Assembly: GCA_040398845.1 (NCBI GenBank)
Contig: JBBATH010000009.1
Coordinates: 9,199 to 73,198, forward strand
Length of the DNA stretch: 64,000 nt
From: Candidatus Nanopelagicales bacterium
Lineage (GTDB): Bacteria; Actinomycetota; Actinomycetes; S36-B12
Reading direction: 5' to 3'
Shown: piece after piece, positions 1 to 9,696 of the stretch
Layout: every line of letters begins with the position of its first letter
Numbering within the stretch: position 1 is the stretch's first letter
Position numbers and translations under genes: made by a program
The notes under the pieces: generated by a model
The model's input: only the letters and a program-made list of their open reading frames with translations
What the model was told of the DNA's origin: nothing
The model's database searches: none

Positions 1-389
1 TCACCTGGGGCATCGTGGCAATCACCGGGCTCGTTGTGGTGCTAGGCGTCCTCGTCACCGGCTCCGGCCCCCACAGCGGTGATGCCCAGAGTGAGAATCG
101 TTTCAGCTTCGACCCGCGCACACTGTCGTGGCTTCACGCTGACGTCGTCCTGCTCTTCCTTGGACTTCTCGCGGCACTGCTCCTCGCACTGCGGCTCACT
201 GATGCCCCAGCACGATGCCGCCGCGCCGCGTGGATCCTCGCGGCAGTATCGGTGAGTCAAGGGGTCATCGGCTACCTGCAGTACTTCACCGGTCTACCTG
301 TCGTCGCGGTCATCGCACACGTGACCGGCGCGGTTTGCGTTTGGGCGGCCGTTCTCTTCCTGCCCTTCTCACAACGCACCCGAACTTAG
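1..389 (+). CDS. ctaA: heme A synthase (COX15/CtaA family), C-terminal part; 5' end lies outside the window
   Basis: The frame is open from the window edge to TAG at 387-389. The translation is TM-rich, with VTGSGPHSGD and a C-terminal His-containing helix (VIAHVTGAV) as in actinobacterial CtaA. ctaB lies about 2 kb away. Confidence 0.7.
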   Translation, partial: TWGIVAITGLVVVLGVLVTGSGPHSGDAQSENRFSFDPRTLSWLHADVVLLFLGLLAALLLALRLTDAPARCRRAAWILAAVSVSQGVIGYLQYFTGLPVVAVIAHVTGAVCVWAAVLFLPFSQRTRT

Positions 390-399
390 GCGAGCGGTA

Positions 400-1707
400 T
401 CAAGAGCGTCCGACCGTCACCGTTCGGGTGACGGAGTAGTCGGGATACCCGCCCGTCCGGTCTGCGCGCGCAGTGATCGCCAGTTTGACTGGATGGGTGC
501 CAATGGTTCGGATGGTGATTTTTCCACTGGGGCCGCGCTTAATCCGGAAATCTTGGGAGGCTCCACAACTAGAGTCCGCTGAGGTGACACTGATGCGCAA
601 GCGGTTACCTGCGTTAGTCATGCAGTCTCTCGGTAGCAGGACAGTCTCCACGCCGGCCGCGATCTTCGTCGGCAGGGTTCCGCAATTGATCGGCAACTGC
701 CTTGCCGAGGTATGCATCCGGCCGGTGGTGTTGTTGCCTTGGTAGTTCGTGAACCTCATGCGGCCGTCAGAACCTAGGGCGACTCCAAAGGGGTTGCTAC
801 TGGCACCGGTGTTGAATAACGTCGCGGCGCCTGACGGTGTGATGCGACCCATGACCTGTGTTCCTGCCGGCCCGCTGTTCCCACCGCCGAACCACATGTT
901 GCCGTCTGCACCTAGGGCTATGCCATTACTTCCTGCGGTGGCTGGATCACCGGGATATGGGTACTGGGTGATCTGCCCGCCAGTCGTGATGGCGCCGATC
1001 GCGTTGACTTCGCCCTGTGTGAACCACAGTCTCCCGTCGAGTCCGGATGCGATGATATTGGGAGAGGAACCCGGAGTGATCCCGGTGGAATACGTGGTGA
1101 CTTGGCCCGCCGGTGTGATGACGCCGATCGCGTTCGCCTTCAGTTGTGTGAACCACATGTTGCCGTCGGGTCCGAGAGCGATGCCGTAGGGGCCAGCCGT
1201 GGGCCCTAGGCCCGTCGGGTACTCGGTGATCAGCCCCGTCGGGGTGATGCTGCCGAGATTGCCAGTGTTGTAGAGCGTGAACCACATATTCCCGTCGGCG
1301 CCGAGTGCAATGCCTGCGGGTCGTGAGTTCGCTACGGGGAGCGGGTACTCCGTGACGACACCTTGGGCGGTGATCTTGGCAATTTGGTTGCCAACCGACT
1401 CGGTGAACCACATATTCCCCAATCCGTCAGCCGCGATCGACGACGGCCCGGATCCTGGAGTGATGCCCGTGGAGTACTCGGTAATGACCCCCGAGGTAGT
1501 GATCTTCGCGACGGCTCCGGTGTTGCCTAGGGTCTGAGTGTTCGGCTGCAGGGTGAACCACAGATCGCCATTTATGCCTACCGGCAGGCCCCCGGTGATC
1601 CACGACGGGTTGGATGAGGCGACAGGAAGTGGGTACTCCGCAATGAGACCGATTGACGGGCTCGCCCCGGCCGATGCACTGCCGGATACTGCAAGGACCG
1701 CCGCAAC
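400..1707 (-). CDS. secreted Vgb-like (virginiamycin B lyase family) seven-bladed beta-propeller protein with a C-terminal Cys-containing domain; the N-terminus is interrupted by an in-frame TGA (possible pseudogene)
   Basis: Seven repeats about 40 aa apart: DLWFT, NMWFTE, NMWFTL, NMWFTQ, RLWFTQ, NMWFGG, RMRFTN. The frame is open from 1707 to the TGA stop at 400-402. The first ATG/GTG/TTG in that stretch is the TTG at 1420-1422. Signal-peptide-like sequence continues in the same frame upstream of TGA 1708-1710. Confidence 0.7.
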   Translation of the reverse strand, partial: VAAVLAVSGSASAGASPSIGLIAEYPLPVASSNPSWITGGLPVGINGDLWFTLQPNTQTLGNTGAVAKITTSGVITEYSTGITPGSGPSSIAADGLGNMWFTESVGNQIAKITAQGVVTEYPLPVANSRPAGIALGADGNMWFTLYNTGNLGSITPTGLITEYPTGLGPTAGPYGIALGPDGNMWFTQLKANAIGVITPAGQVTTYSTGITPGSSPNIIASGLDGRLWFTQGEVNAIGAITTGGQITQYPYPGDPATAGSNGIALGADGNMWFGGGNSGPAGTQVMGRITPSGAATLFNTGASSNPFGVALGSDGRMRFTNYQGNNTTGRMHTSARQLPINCGTLPTKIAAGVETVLLPRDCMTNAGNRLRISVTSADSSCGASQDFRIKRGPSGKITIRTIGTHPVKLAITARADRTGGYPDYSVTRTVTVGRS

Positions 1708-1882
1708 TCAACCGGTGATGTACAACCTCGCACGCAAGGTCGATCGAGTCCGGGCTCGGCCAGTCTGGGCGCCACCAACGAGACCGATCATCAGGATTTT
1801 CATGATGAGAAATTTAGCAAGGCGCGCGAAGGTCCCCTGCAGGGGCAGTCCGTCGTAATCGCACCTTGGGTAACCGTGCCGC

Positions 1883-2149
1883 CTAGGCCTTGCAGTCAAT
1901 GTCGTGATCACCGGAACCGTAGACCAGACGAATGGTTCGTACCTCCCCGCCGACCCCCGTATCACTCGGCTTCCCATTTACCTTCAGGGCCTTGACGATC
2001 GCTACCGTGTCGCCGCCGGCCAGGGGATTGCCCACCGAGACCTTGATGACCGGCGCATCCGACAACCCGAATCCCGAGTCACCGACGGAGTCACCAGCAC
2101 CGGGCGACCAAGCGTGAGCACACAGTGAGCACGCTGGCATCCCGTTCAC
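1883..2149 (-). CDS. hypothetical small protein (88 aa), no family recognised
   Basis: The ORF has GC-rich third codon positions and lies between ctaB and the Vgb-like gene on the same strand. No motif was recognised. Confidence 0.25.
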   Translation of the reverse strand: MNGMPACSLCAHAWSPGAGDSVGDSGFGLSDAPVIKVSVGNPLAGGDTVAIVKALKVNGKPSDTGVGGEVRTIRLVYGSGDHDIDCKA

Positions 2150-2237
2150 TTGGTCAGCCTGGCGACTTCATGGAACCGTGCCCACGATCGACTCGATTGG
2201 GCGAGATGAACACATTCGCAGTGAATCGCTCCGATTT

Positions 2238-2272
2238 GCTTCATCTGCCCCAGAATCCGGGTCAGATGAAGC
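2238..2272 (-). terminator. stem-loop 7 nt downstream of ctaB (10-bp perfect stem GCTTCATCTG/CAGATGAAGC, extendable by CCC/GGG); no U-tract
   Basis: Pairing of 2238-2247 with 2263-2272 was checked base by base. It sits just after the ctaB stop at 2279-2281. The lack of a T-run makes intrinsic terminator function uncertain. Confidence 0.3.
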
Positions 2273-2278
2273 TGGGGG

Positions 2279-3193
2279 TTAATGGAGGAAGGGGTCGATT
2301 GCCACGGCTAGGAAGAGGAGCGAGAGGTAGGTGATCGACCAGTGAAATAGGCGCATGGCCGTGTCATTGATGTTCGAATCCTCGCGCTTGGCGGCGGCAC
2401 GGAGCCGGTACGCCATCACGATGAAGACGATGCCGACGACGAGTGCGGTCACGCCATAGACCCAGCCCATCGGGGCTATCCACACGAGAGACATTGACAC
2501 CGCCACCATCACCCACGAGTACCAGATGATGCTGGCGGTCACCTGCAGGTTGGTGCGCACGACCGGCAGCATGGGAACACCTGCGTTGGCGTAGTCGTCT
2601 CGGTACTTCATTGCCAGTGGCCAGTAATGTGGTGGCGTCCAGAAAAACACGATGAGAAACAGAACAACCGGAGTCAAGGATAACCCCCCAGTTACTGCGG
2701 ACCATGCGATGAGCACGGGCATGCAGCCGGCAGCACCGCCCCAGACGATGTTCTGCGAGGTTCGGCGCTTGAGGATCATGGTGTAGCCGAGGACGTACAT
2801 GAGGACGGCGGCGAGGGCCAGCGCCGCTGAAAGCCAGTTTGCCAGCCACGCGAGCACGATCGCGCTCAGCAGGCTGAGCACGAGTCCTTGGATGACACCG
2901 GCACGGACAGAAATTGAGCCGACGGCGGCCGGACGGGACTCAGTCCGATGCATGAGGGCGTCGATATCCCGGTCGTACACGCTGTTGAGGGTGTTTGCGC
3001 CACCGGCGGCCAGGGCGCCACCGAGCAGGACTGCAATGGTCATCGTCAGGCTCGGCAGGCCGTCTGCGGCGAGGAACATCGTCGGTATAGCGGTCACGAG
3101 GAGAAGCTCGATGATTCGGGGCTTCGTCAATGCAAGATGAGCCCGGAACTTTGACCCTCCGGGGACAGCGAGCGGGGCGGCTGCAAGCGTCAC
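2279..3193 (-). CDS. ctaB: protoheme IX farnesyltransferase (heme O synthase)
   Basis: UbiA-family polytopic protein with LALTKPRIIELLLVT, NxxYDRDID (NSVYDRDIDALM) and a second Asp-rich region (KYRDDYANAG). The ORF is open to 3322, but that start would overlap divergent tkt. GTG at 3191-3193 gives a normal-length protein. Confidence 0.9.
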   Translation of the reverse strand: MTLAAAPLAVPGGSKFRAHLALTKPRIIELLLVTAIPTMFLAADGLPSLTMTIAVLLGGALAAGGANTLNSVYDRDIDALMHRTESRPAAVGSISVRAGVIQGLVLSLLSAIVLAWLANWLSAALALAAVLMYVLGYTMILKRRTSQNIVWGGAAGCMPVLIAWSAVTGGLSLTPVVLFLIVFFWTPPHYWPLAMKYRDDYANAGVPMLPVVRTNLQVTASIIWYSWVMVAVSMSLVWIAPMGWVYGVTALVVGIVFIVMAYRLRAAAKREDSNINDTAMRLFHWSITYLSLLFLAVAIDPFLH

Positions 3194-3277
3194 GTAACGA
3201 GCGTAGTCAGATATCGTCCAATGAGCATCGTCGGTCCTCGAAGGGACAGCAAATCTGTAGGGCTCGTTGGCTAGGGT

Positions 3278-5362
3278 TTGACCATGACGCCGCCTGAAGC
3301 AATGGACTCCCAGACAGCCCACCTGGCCTGGACACAGACCGATGAATCAGCCGTGCGGCACCTTCGGGCCCTTGCGATGGACGCAGTTCAGAAGGTGGGA
3401 AACGGCCACCCCGGCACCGCCATGAGCCTCGCCACCGCGGCCTACCTGCTGTTCCAACGCGTCATGCGCCACGATCCGAGTGACCCCGGCTGGCTCGGCC
3501 GCGACCGGTTCGTCCTGTCCGCAGGCCATTCGAGCCTCACGCTGTACAGCGAGCTCTTCCTGTCCGGTTATGGCCTCACCATGAACGACCTCGAGTCCTT
3601 TCGGACCTGGGGCAGTCGCACGCCCGGACACCCAGAATTCGGCCACACTGCCGGCGTTGAAACGACTACTGGTCCTCTTGGGCAGGGTCTGGCGACGGCG
3701 GTCGGCATGGCCATGTCAGCTCGATACGAGCGCGGCCTATTCGACCCCCAGACCCCGGACGGCAACAGCCCCTTCGACCATCGAATCTGGGTGATCGCCT
3801 CCGACGGAGACCTCGAAGAAGGCGTGACCTCTGAGGCCTCATCCCTCGCTGGAACTCAGCGGCTCAACCGCCTCTGCGTCATCTGGGACGATAACCACAT
3901 CTCGATTGAAGGCGATACAGCAGTCGCATTCACCGAAGACGTCGTCGCGCGATACGCGGCCTACGGCTGGGCGACCCACAGTGTCGACCGGCTCCCCGAC
4001 GGTGACATCGACCGCGAGGGCCTCTTCGCCGCGCTCATGGCGGCGACCGACGAGCCTGACCGGCCCACTTTCATCCGGATGCGGACCACCATCGCCTGGC
4101 CGGCCCCCAACGCCCAGAACACCGCAAAGGCCCACGGCTCAGCATTGGGCGCCGCAGAGATTGCTGCGACGAAGACTGCGCTCGGCTTAGATCCGCAGGC
4201 TGCCTTTGCCTTCGATCCCAGGGTCCTGGCCGATGTGCGCTCAGCGCTTGCCTCGCGCGTGACGTCGAGTCGTTCCGCCTGGCAGGCTCAATTCGATGGG
4301 TGGCAGGCGAGCGAGCCGGAGCGGTCGCTGTTGCTCGACCGGCTCGTCTCCGGGGAGCTTCCGACCGGGTTCGATTCGGCGTTTCCGCGCTTTGACCTCG
4401 GTGGTTCAATGGCGACCCGCAAGGCCTCAGGCGAGGTCATCAACGCCGTTGCTGCCATCATGCCTGAGCTCTGGGGAGGCTCGGCCGACCTCGCGGAATC
4501 AAACAACACCACGATCGAAGGCGGGGGCAGTTTCCTGCCCGCCGAATCGACCCTGCCCGACGCCTCACCCTACGGACGCATCCTGCACTTCGGTATCCGC
4601 GAACACGCGATGGGTTCGATCATCAACGGCATCGCGCTCGACGGTCTCACTCGTCCGTTCGGCGGCACGTTCATGGTGTTTAGCGACTATATGCGCGGGG
4701 CGGTACGGCTCGCTGCGCTCATGCAACTGCCGAGCACCTTCGTATGGACCCATGACTCGATCGGCCTCGGTGAGGACGGTCCGACCCATCAGCCGGTGGA
4801 GCACCTTTGGTCGCTACGGGCTGTACCGGGCCTGAGCGTCGTACGACCCGCCGACGCGAATGAGACCTCCGCTGCCTGGCACGCCACCCTTTCTCGACGC
4901 ACTCCAGTCGGCCTCGTCCTCACCCGGCAGAACGTGCCGACCCTCGTCGCCGCCGGCGTCGCGCTCAACGGCGTTCGGCAGGGTGCCTACGTCCTGCTCG
5001 ATTCCCCAGACCCGCAGGTTCTCCTCCTTGCGACGGGTTCCGAGGTGCAGTTAGCCGTGGCCGCTCACGACCGTCTCAAGTCCGACGGCATCAGCAGTCG
5101 CGTCATCTCGATGCCTTGCCTCGAATGGTTCGATGAGCAAAACGACGCCTATCGCGATTCGGTGCTGCTCCCCTCAGTTCGGCCCCGGGTAGCGATCGAG
5201 GCTGGGAGCACCTTTGGGTGGTGGAAGTACGTCGGCGACCGCGGTCACGTCATCGGCATCGATCACTTCGGCGCCAGCGCCGACCAGCAGGTCCTGTTTG
5301 AGGAGTTCGGCATCACCGTCGACGCGGTCGTCGCGGCCGCCGTTACATCGATTCGCCCGTAG
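3278..5362 (+). CDS. tkt: transketolase
   Basis: 694 aa, with GNGHPGTAMSLA, GDGDLEEG-type ThDP motif (ASDGDLEEGVTSEA) and HDSIGLGEDGPTHQPVE. The start is TTG 3278 or ATG 3284. Confidence 0.97.
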   Translation: MTMTPPEAMDSQTAHLAWTQTDESAVRHLRALAMDAVQKVGNGHPGTAMSLATAAYLLFQRVMRHDPSDPGWLGRDRFVLSAGHSSLTLYSELFLSGYGLTMNDLESFRTWGSRTPGHPEFGHTAGVETTTGPLGQGLATAVGMAMSARYERGLFDPQTPDGNSPFDHRIWVIASDGDLEEGVTSEASSLAGTQRLNRLCVIWDDNHISIEGDTAVAFTEDVVARYAAYGWATHSVDRLPDGDIDREGLFAALMAATDEPDRPTFIRMRTTIAWPAPNAQNTAKAHGSALGAAEIAATKTALGLDPQAAFAFDPRVLADVRSALASRVTSSRSAWQAQFDGWQASEPERSLLLDRLVSGELPTGFDSAFPRFDLGGSMATRKASGEVINAVAAIMPELWGGSADLAESNNTTIEGGGSFLPAESTLPDASPYGRILHFGIREHAMGSIINGIALDGLTRPFGGTFMVFSDYMRGAVRLAALMQLPSTFVWTHDSIGLGEDGPTHQPVEHLWSLRAVPGLSVVRPADANETSAAWHATLSRRTPVGLVLTRQNVPTLVAAGVALNGVRQGAYVLLDSPDPQVLLLATGSEVQLAVAAHDRLKSDGISSRVISMPCLEWFDEQNDAYRDSVLLPSVRPRVAIEAGSTFGWWKYVGDRGHVIGIDHFGASADQQVLFEEFGITVDAVVAAAVTSIRP

Positions 5363-5386
5363 CACCAGGCCACGAGGGAGCAGCAC

Positions 5387-6499
5387 ATGACATCACGAGC
5401 ACCATTGGACGAGTTGACCGCCCTCGGCGTGTCTATCTGGCTAGATGATCTCGACCGCCATCGGATTGACTCCGGTGGGCTCGCCCAACTCGTCGACACT
5501 CGATGCGTGCGCGGGGTCACGACAAACCCATCGATCTTCGAAAAAGCCATCTCGGGTGGGTCTGCCGCCTACGCAGCCGACCTCGCGACCCTTTCGGCTG
5601 CTGGCGCCGATATCGACTCCGCCATTCGGCGCCTCACCACCGACGACGTCCGCGCCGCGTGCGATGTCCTTCATGAGGTCTGGGTCGCCAGCGGACACGT
5701 CGATGGTCGCGTATCAATCGAGGTCGACCCGAGGCTGGCCGACGATACCGAGGCCACCATCGCGCAGGCCCGATCCCTCTGGTCGACCGTCGACCGGCCC
5801 AACGCGCTCATCAAGATCCCCGCGACCAAGGCCGGTCTCCCCGCTATCGCCGCAACGATTGCCGCAGGCATCAGCGTCAATGTCACCCTCATCTTCGCGG
5901 TCGAGCGTTACCTCGAAGTGGTGAGCGCCTTCGAGGAGGGTCTGCAACAGGCCGCGGCCGCCGGACGAGATCTTGCCGCGATTCACTCGGTTGCGTCGTT
6001 CTTCGTGAGCCGCGTCGACGTGGAGGTCGACGCTCGACTTGACGCCCTTGGTACCGATGAGGCTGCCGTGCTGCGGGGCCGAGCTGCGATCGCGAACGCC
6101 CGTCTGGCCTGGGCCGCCCACATTGCATCACTCGCTACGCCAGCATGGCTCACTCTGGCCGATCAGGGTGCACACCCGCAGCGGCCACTTTGGGCATCGA
6201 CCGGTGTCAAGGATCCTGCGTACCTTGACACCCGATACGTGATCGACCTCGCGGTCGACGGCTGTGTCAACACTGTGCCTGAGCCGACCCTCGAGGCTGT
6301 TGCAGACCATGGCCTGTTCTTGGGCGACACCGTTACCGGCACGGCCATCGAGTCTGCAGCCGTCTGGCAGGACCTTGCTCGCCTCGGAATCAACGAATCT
6401 GAGGTCTGCGAGAAGCTTGAAACCGAGGGGGTCGCGAAGTTCATCGACTCCTGGGAGTCGCTCAGGTCAACGGTCGGCCGAGTCCTGGATGCGACATGA
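5387..6499 (+). CDS. tal: transaldolase (long actinobacterial type)
   Basis: 370 aa, with GVSIWLDDL, GVTTNPSIF and LIKIPAT (Schiff-base Lys). ATGA overlap with zwf. Confidence 0.95.
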   Translation: MTSRAPLDELTALGVSIWLDDLDRHRIDSGGLAQLVDTRCVRGVTTNPSIFEKAISGGSAAYAADLATLSAAGADIDSAIRRLTTDDVRAACDVLHEVWVASGHVDGRVSIEVDPRLADDTEATIAQARSLWSTVDRPNALIKIPATKAGLPAIAATIAAGISVNVTLIFAVERYLEVVSAFEEGLQQAAAAGRDLAAIHSVASFFVSRVDVEVDARLDALGTDEAAVLRGRAAIANARLAWAAHIASLATPAWLTLADQGAHPQRPLWASTGVKDPAYLDTRYVIDLAVDGCVNTVPEPTLEAVADHGLFLGDTVTGTAIESAAVWQDLARLGINESEVCEKLETEGVAKFIDSWESLRSTVGRVLDAT

Positions 6500-8016
6500 C
6501 GAATCCACTTCGCGATCCGCTCGATCGCCGGCTGCCCCGAGTGGCAGGTCCGTGCGGCGTCGTGTTGTTCGGCGTCACTGGCGATCTCGCTCGCAAGAAG
6601 GTCATGCCCGCAATCTACGACCTCGCCAACCGCGGGCTCCTGCCTCCGGGTTTCGCCCTCGTGGGGTTTGCCCGGCGCGACTGGGCGGACGAGGACTTCG
6701 CCCAAATTGTTCATGATGCTGTACGCGAGCACTCACGGACCCCGTTCAGCGAAGACACGTGGCGGCAACTTTCCGAAGGAATCCGTTTCGTCTCTGGTGA
6801 CCTTGCGGATCCTGCACCATATGAGGAATTGAGCAGGGTTGTCGCTGACCTCGATCTCACACGCGGAACGAACGGCAACCACGCCTTCTACCTGTCGATC
6901 CCGCCGGGCCTTTTCCCCGTCGTGCTTGAGCATCTGAAAACCTCCGGCCTCGCGAAGAGCGCACCGGGCGCCTGGCGACGTGTCGTCATCGAGAAGCCCT
7001 TCGGCCACGATCTCGCGAGTGCCGAAGAGCTCAATCGAGTTGTCGGCGACGTCTTCCCGTCCGGCTCGGTGTTCCGCATCGACCACTACCTCGGCAAGGA
7101 GACGGTCCAGAACATCTTGGCGGTGAGATTCGCGAACGCCATGTACGAGCCAATCTGGAACAGCAACTACGTTGACAACGTCCAGATCACGATGGCAGAG
7201 GACATCGGTATCGGCGGTCGTGCCGGCTACTACGACGGCATCGGCGCAGCCCGTGACGTCATGCAAAACCACCTCCTCCAACTACTCGCCCTCACCGCCA
7301 TGGAGGAGCCACTCTCCTTCTCCCCCGACGACGTCAGGGCCGAGAAGGAGAAGGTGCTCCGCGCAGTCCGGCTTCCCAAGGACATCGAGCGGCATTCCTC
7401 TCGCGGGCAGTATTCCGCTGGATGGCAGGGTGGCATCCCAGTCAAGGGTTATCTCGAGGAGGACGGCATATCCCCGGAGTCGACCACCGAGACATTTGCA
7501 GCGCTGCGCCTCGATGTCGACAACCGCCGTTGGGCTGGCGTGCCGTTCTACCTGCGCACCGGCAAGAGGCTCGGCCGCCGGGTCACCGAGGTTGCGGTCG
7601 TGTTCAAGCGCGCACCGCACCTGCCGTTTGAATCCACGGCAGTTGAGGAACTCGGCAACAATGCCTTCGTGTTCCGGATCCAGCCGGATGAGGGCATTAC
7701 CGTGCGTTTCGGCTCCAAGGTGCCAAACACCTCTTCCATCGAGGTACGTGACGTCACGATGGATTTCCAATACGGGGAGTCATTTGTCGACTCAAGTCCA
7801 GAGGCCTACGAGCGACTCATCCTTGACGTACTCCTCGGCGATCCTCCGCTTTTCCCGCGCCATGAGGAGGTCGAGCTCGGATGGCGGATCCTGGACCCGG
7901 TGCTCGAGCGGTGGAGTGAGCAGGGCCAGCCAGATCAGTACGTCTCGGGTGGATGGGGGCCGCACTCGCAGTACGACATGGTAAGTCTCGATGGAAAGGT
8001 CTGGAGGCGACCATGA
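6496..8016 (+). CDS. zwf: glucose-6-phosphate 1-dehydrogenase
   Basis: 506 aa, with VLFGVTGDLARKK (NADP site), RIDHYLGKE (active-site motif) and DVMQNHLLQLL. Confidence 0.97.
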   Translation: MTNPLRDPLDRRLPRVAGPCGVVLFGVTGDLARKKVMPAIYDLANRGLLPPGFALVGFARRDWADEDFAQIVHDAVREHSRTPFSEDTWRQLSEGIRFVSGDLADPAPYEELSRVVADLDLTRGTNGNHAFYLSIPPGLFPVVLEHLKTSGLAKSAPGAWRRVVIEKPFGHDLASAEELNRVVGDVFPSGSVFRIDHYLGKETVQNILAVRFANAMYEPIWNSNYVDNVQITMAEDIGIGGRAGYYDGIGAARDVMQNHLLQLLALTAMEEPLSFSPDDVRAEKEKVLRAVRLPKDIERHSSRGQYSAGWQGGIPVKGYLEEDGISPESTTETFAALRLDVDNRRWAGVPFYLRTGKRLGRRVTEVAVVFKRAPHLPFESTAVEELGNNAFVFRIQPDEGITVRFGSKVPNTSSIEVRDVTMDFQYGESFVDSSPEAYERLILDVLLGDPPLFPRHEEVELGWRILDPVLERWSEQGQPDQYVSGGWGPHSQYDMVSLDGKVWRRP

Positions 8017-8915
8017 TTCGGCTTGAAGACACGAGCGGCGGTGCGGTTTCAGCGGCCATCGCTGCGGAGCGTCATCGGATGGGCTCACCGACCACCGGCA
8101 TGGTGCTCACCCTCCTCATCATGGCCGACGAGGACACCCAGTCCGATGCGACCTCGGCCGCGGTCACCGCCGCACGTCAGCATCCGATGAGGATCGTGAC
8201 CCTCATCCCCCGCCCAGAGGGCAAGATCACCCGACTTGACGCCGAGATCATGGTGGGCGGCGATGCGGGCCCGGGCGAGGTCGCGGTGCTGCGTCTTCGT
8301 GGACAACTTGCCGAGCATGCAAACTCCGTGGCAGTCCCCTTGCTGCTCCCTGACACTCCCATCGTGGCCTACTGGCCAGGTGTCGCTCCCGCGGTGCCGT
8401 CCGATGATCTCATCGGGCGCCATGCACAACGGCGCATCACCGACACCGCGGCGGCTGCTGATCCGGTGAGCGAACTCCAGACGCGCAGCTTGGGCTATGT
8501 TCCCGGAGACACGGACCTCGCTTGGGCTCGCATCACGCCGTGGCGCTCTGTCCTCGCCTCACTCTTTGATCAGGAGGTTGCAGAGGTGTCTGGGATCATG
8601 GTGAGTGGTGAGCGCTCGAACCCTTGCGTCCCGCTGATCGCGGCCTGGCTCGGAGCGGCTCTCGCAACACCCGTGGAGATTCGACTCGACGAGGGCCCCG
8701 GTCTCACATCGGTCGAGCTCACCACCCCATTGGGTCTGATGACCATCCACCGCTCCGACGGTCGGGTGGCGACCCTGAGCCGGCCCGGAGTTCCCGACTC
8801 CACCGTTGCCCTGGCACGACGTGACCTGGCCGCCCTCTTGAGCGAGGAACTACGCAGACTGGATCCGGACGACTGCTACGCACACACGCTCGCCGGGCTC
8901 GGAATCACCCGGTGA
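8013..8915 (+). CDS. opcA: glucose-6-phosphate dehydrogenase assembly protein OpcA
   Basis: It lies directly after zwf with an ATGA overlap at 8013-8016. Length is about 300 aa, and the position between zwf and pgl is the conserved actinobacterial one. The ORF-track start at 7953 overlaps zwf and is less likely. Confidence 0.85.
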   Translation: MIRLEDTSGGAVSAAIAAERHRMGSPTTGMVLTLLIMADEDTQSDATSAAVTAARQHPMRIVTLIPRPEGKITRLDAEIMVGGDAGPGEVAVLRLRGQLAEHANSVAVPLLLPDTPIVAYWPGVAPAVPSDDLIGRHAQRRITDTAAAADPVSELQTRSLGYVPGDTDLAWARITPWRSVLASLFDQEVAEVSGIMVSGERSNPCVPLIAAWLGAALATPVEIRLDEGPGLTSVELTTPLGLMTIHRSDGRVATLSRPGVPDSTVALARRDLAALLSEELRRLDPDDCYAHTLAGLGITR

Positions 8916-9685
8916 CCCATCGGGAGGTGGTCCGTCATCAGGATGCCCGAACCCTTGCCCTATCGGTGGCAGAGATGCTCACGTCACGTATCGTCGAGCG
9001 GCAGGCTGACATGGGTTTCGCTCGAATCGTTCTCACCGGCGGCGGAATCGGAACAGCGGTTCTCGCCGCCGTCCGTGAGACCGGCCGCGATAACGTCGAT
9101 TGGGCTCGAGTCGAATTCTGGTGGGGCGACGAGCGGTATCTCCCCTCCGGAGATCCAAATCGAAACGATACCGCTGCTCGAGCAGCCCTCCTTGATCATG
9201 TCGGTGTCGACCAGCAGCATGTTCATTCGATTGAGGGTCCTGACCTCATGGCGAGCCCGGAGCAAGCCGCGGAGCACTACGCCGATCTCCTCAACGCGCA
9301 TGCCGCGGCAGCGGACCACCGTGATGTTCCTCCCTTCGATGTGGTGCTGCTCGGCGTTGGCCCTGACGGACATGTGGCGAGTCTGTTCCCTCAGCAAACA
9401 TCGCTGCGTGTGACTGATCGATCAACCGCCGCCGTGCACGGTTCGCCGAAGCCTCCGCCAACCCGGGTCACCCTCACCTTTCCAGCCATCAATGCGGCGA
9501 GCGAGGTTTGGGTTCTCGCGAGCGGGACCGAAAAGGCGGAAGCGGTGCGCCTTGCACTAGAGCCAGCGACAGACCCACGTCAGGTGCCTGCGGCTGGGGT
9601 CTCGGGTCGCGACCGCACCCTCTTCCTCATCGATGAGGAAGCAGCAGCGGAGCTACCGCTTGATCTCAGGCAACCGATGTCCTGA
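8912..9685 (+). CDS. pgl: 6-phosphogluconolactonase
   Basis: 257 aa, with LTGGGIG, WWGDERYLP and LLGVGPDGHVASLFP motifs. GTGA overlap with opcA. Confidence 0.93.
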   Translation: MTHREVVRHQDARTLALSVAEMLTSRIVERQADMGFARIVLTGGGIGTAVLAAVRETGRDNVDWARVEFWWGDERYLPSGDPNRNDTAARAALLDHVGVDQQHVHSIEGPDLMASPEQAAEHYADLLNAHAAAADHRDVPPFDVVLLGVGPDGHVASLFPQQTSLRVTDRSTAAVHGSPKPPPTRVTLTFPAINAASEVWVLASGTEKAEAVRLALEPATDPRQVPAAGVSGRDRTLFLIDEEAAAELPLDLRQPMS

Positions 9686-9696
9686 TCCCCGACACA

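Noticed and set aside
1708-1710. TGA in the Vgb-like gene as selenocysteine or reassigned codon
   Set aside because: Other genes in the window, such as tal, opcA, potB and uvrB, terminate at TGA. No SECIS-like hairpin is evident immediately downstream. The nearby unusual tRNA has anticodon CAA, not UCA. A nonsense mutation or sequencing error is the simpler explanation.
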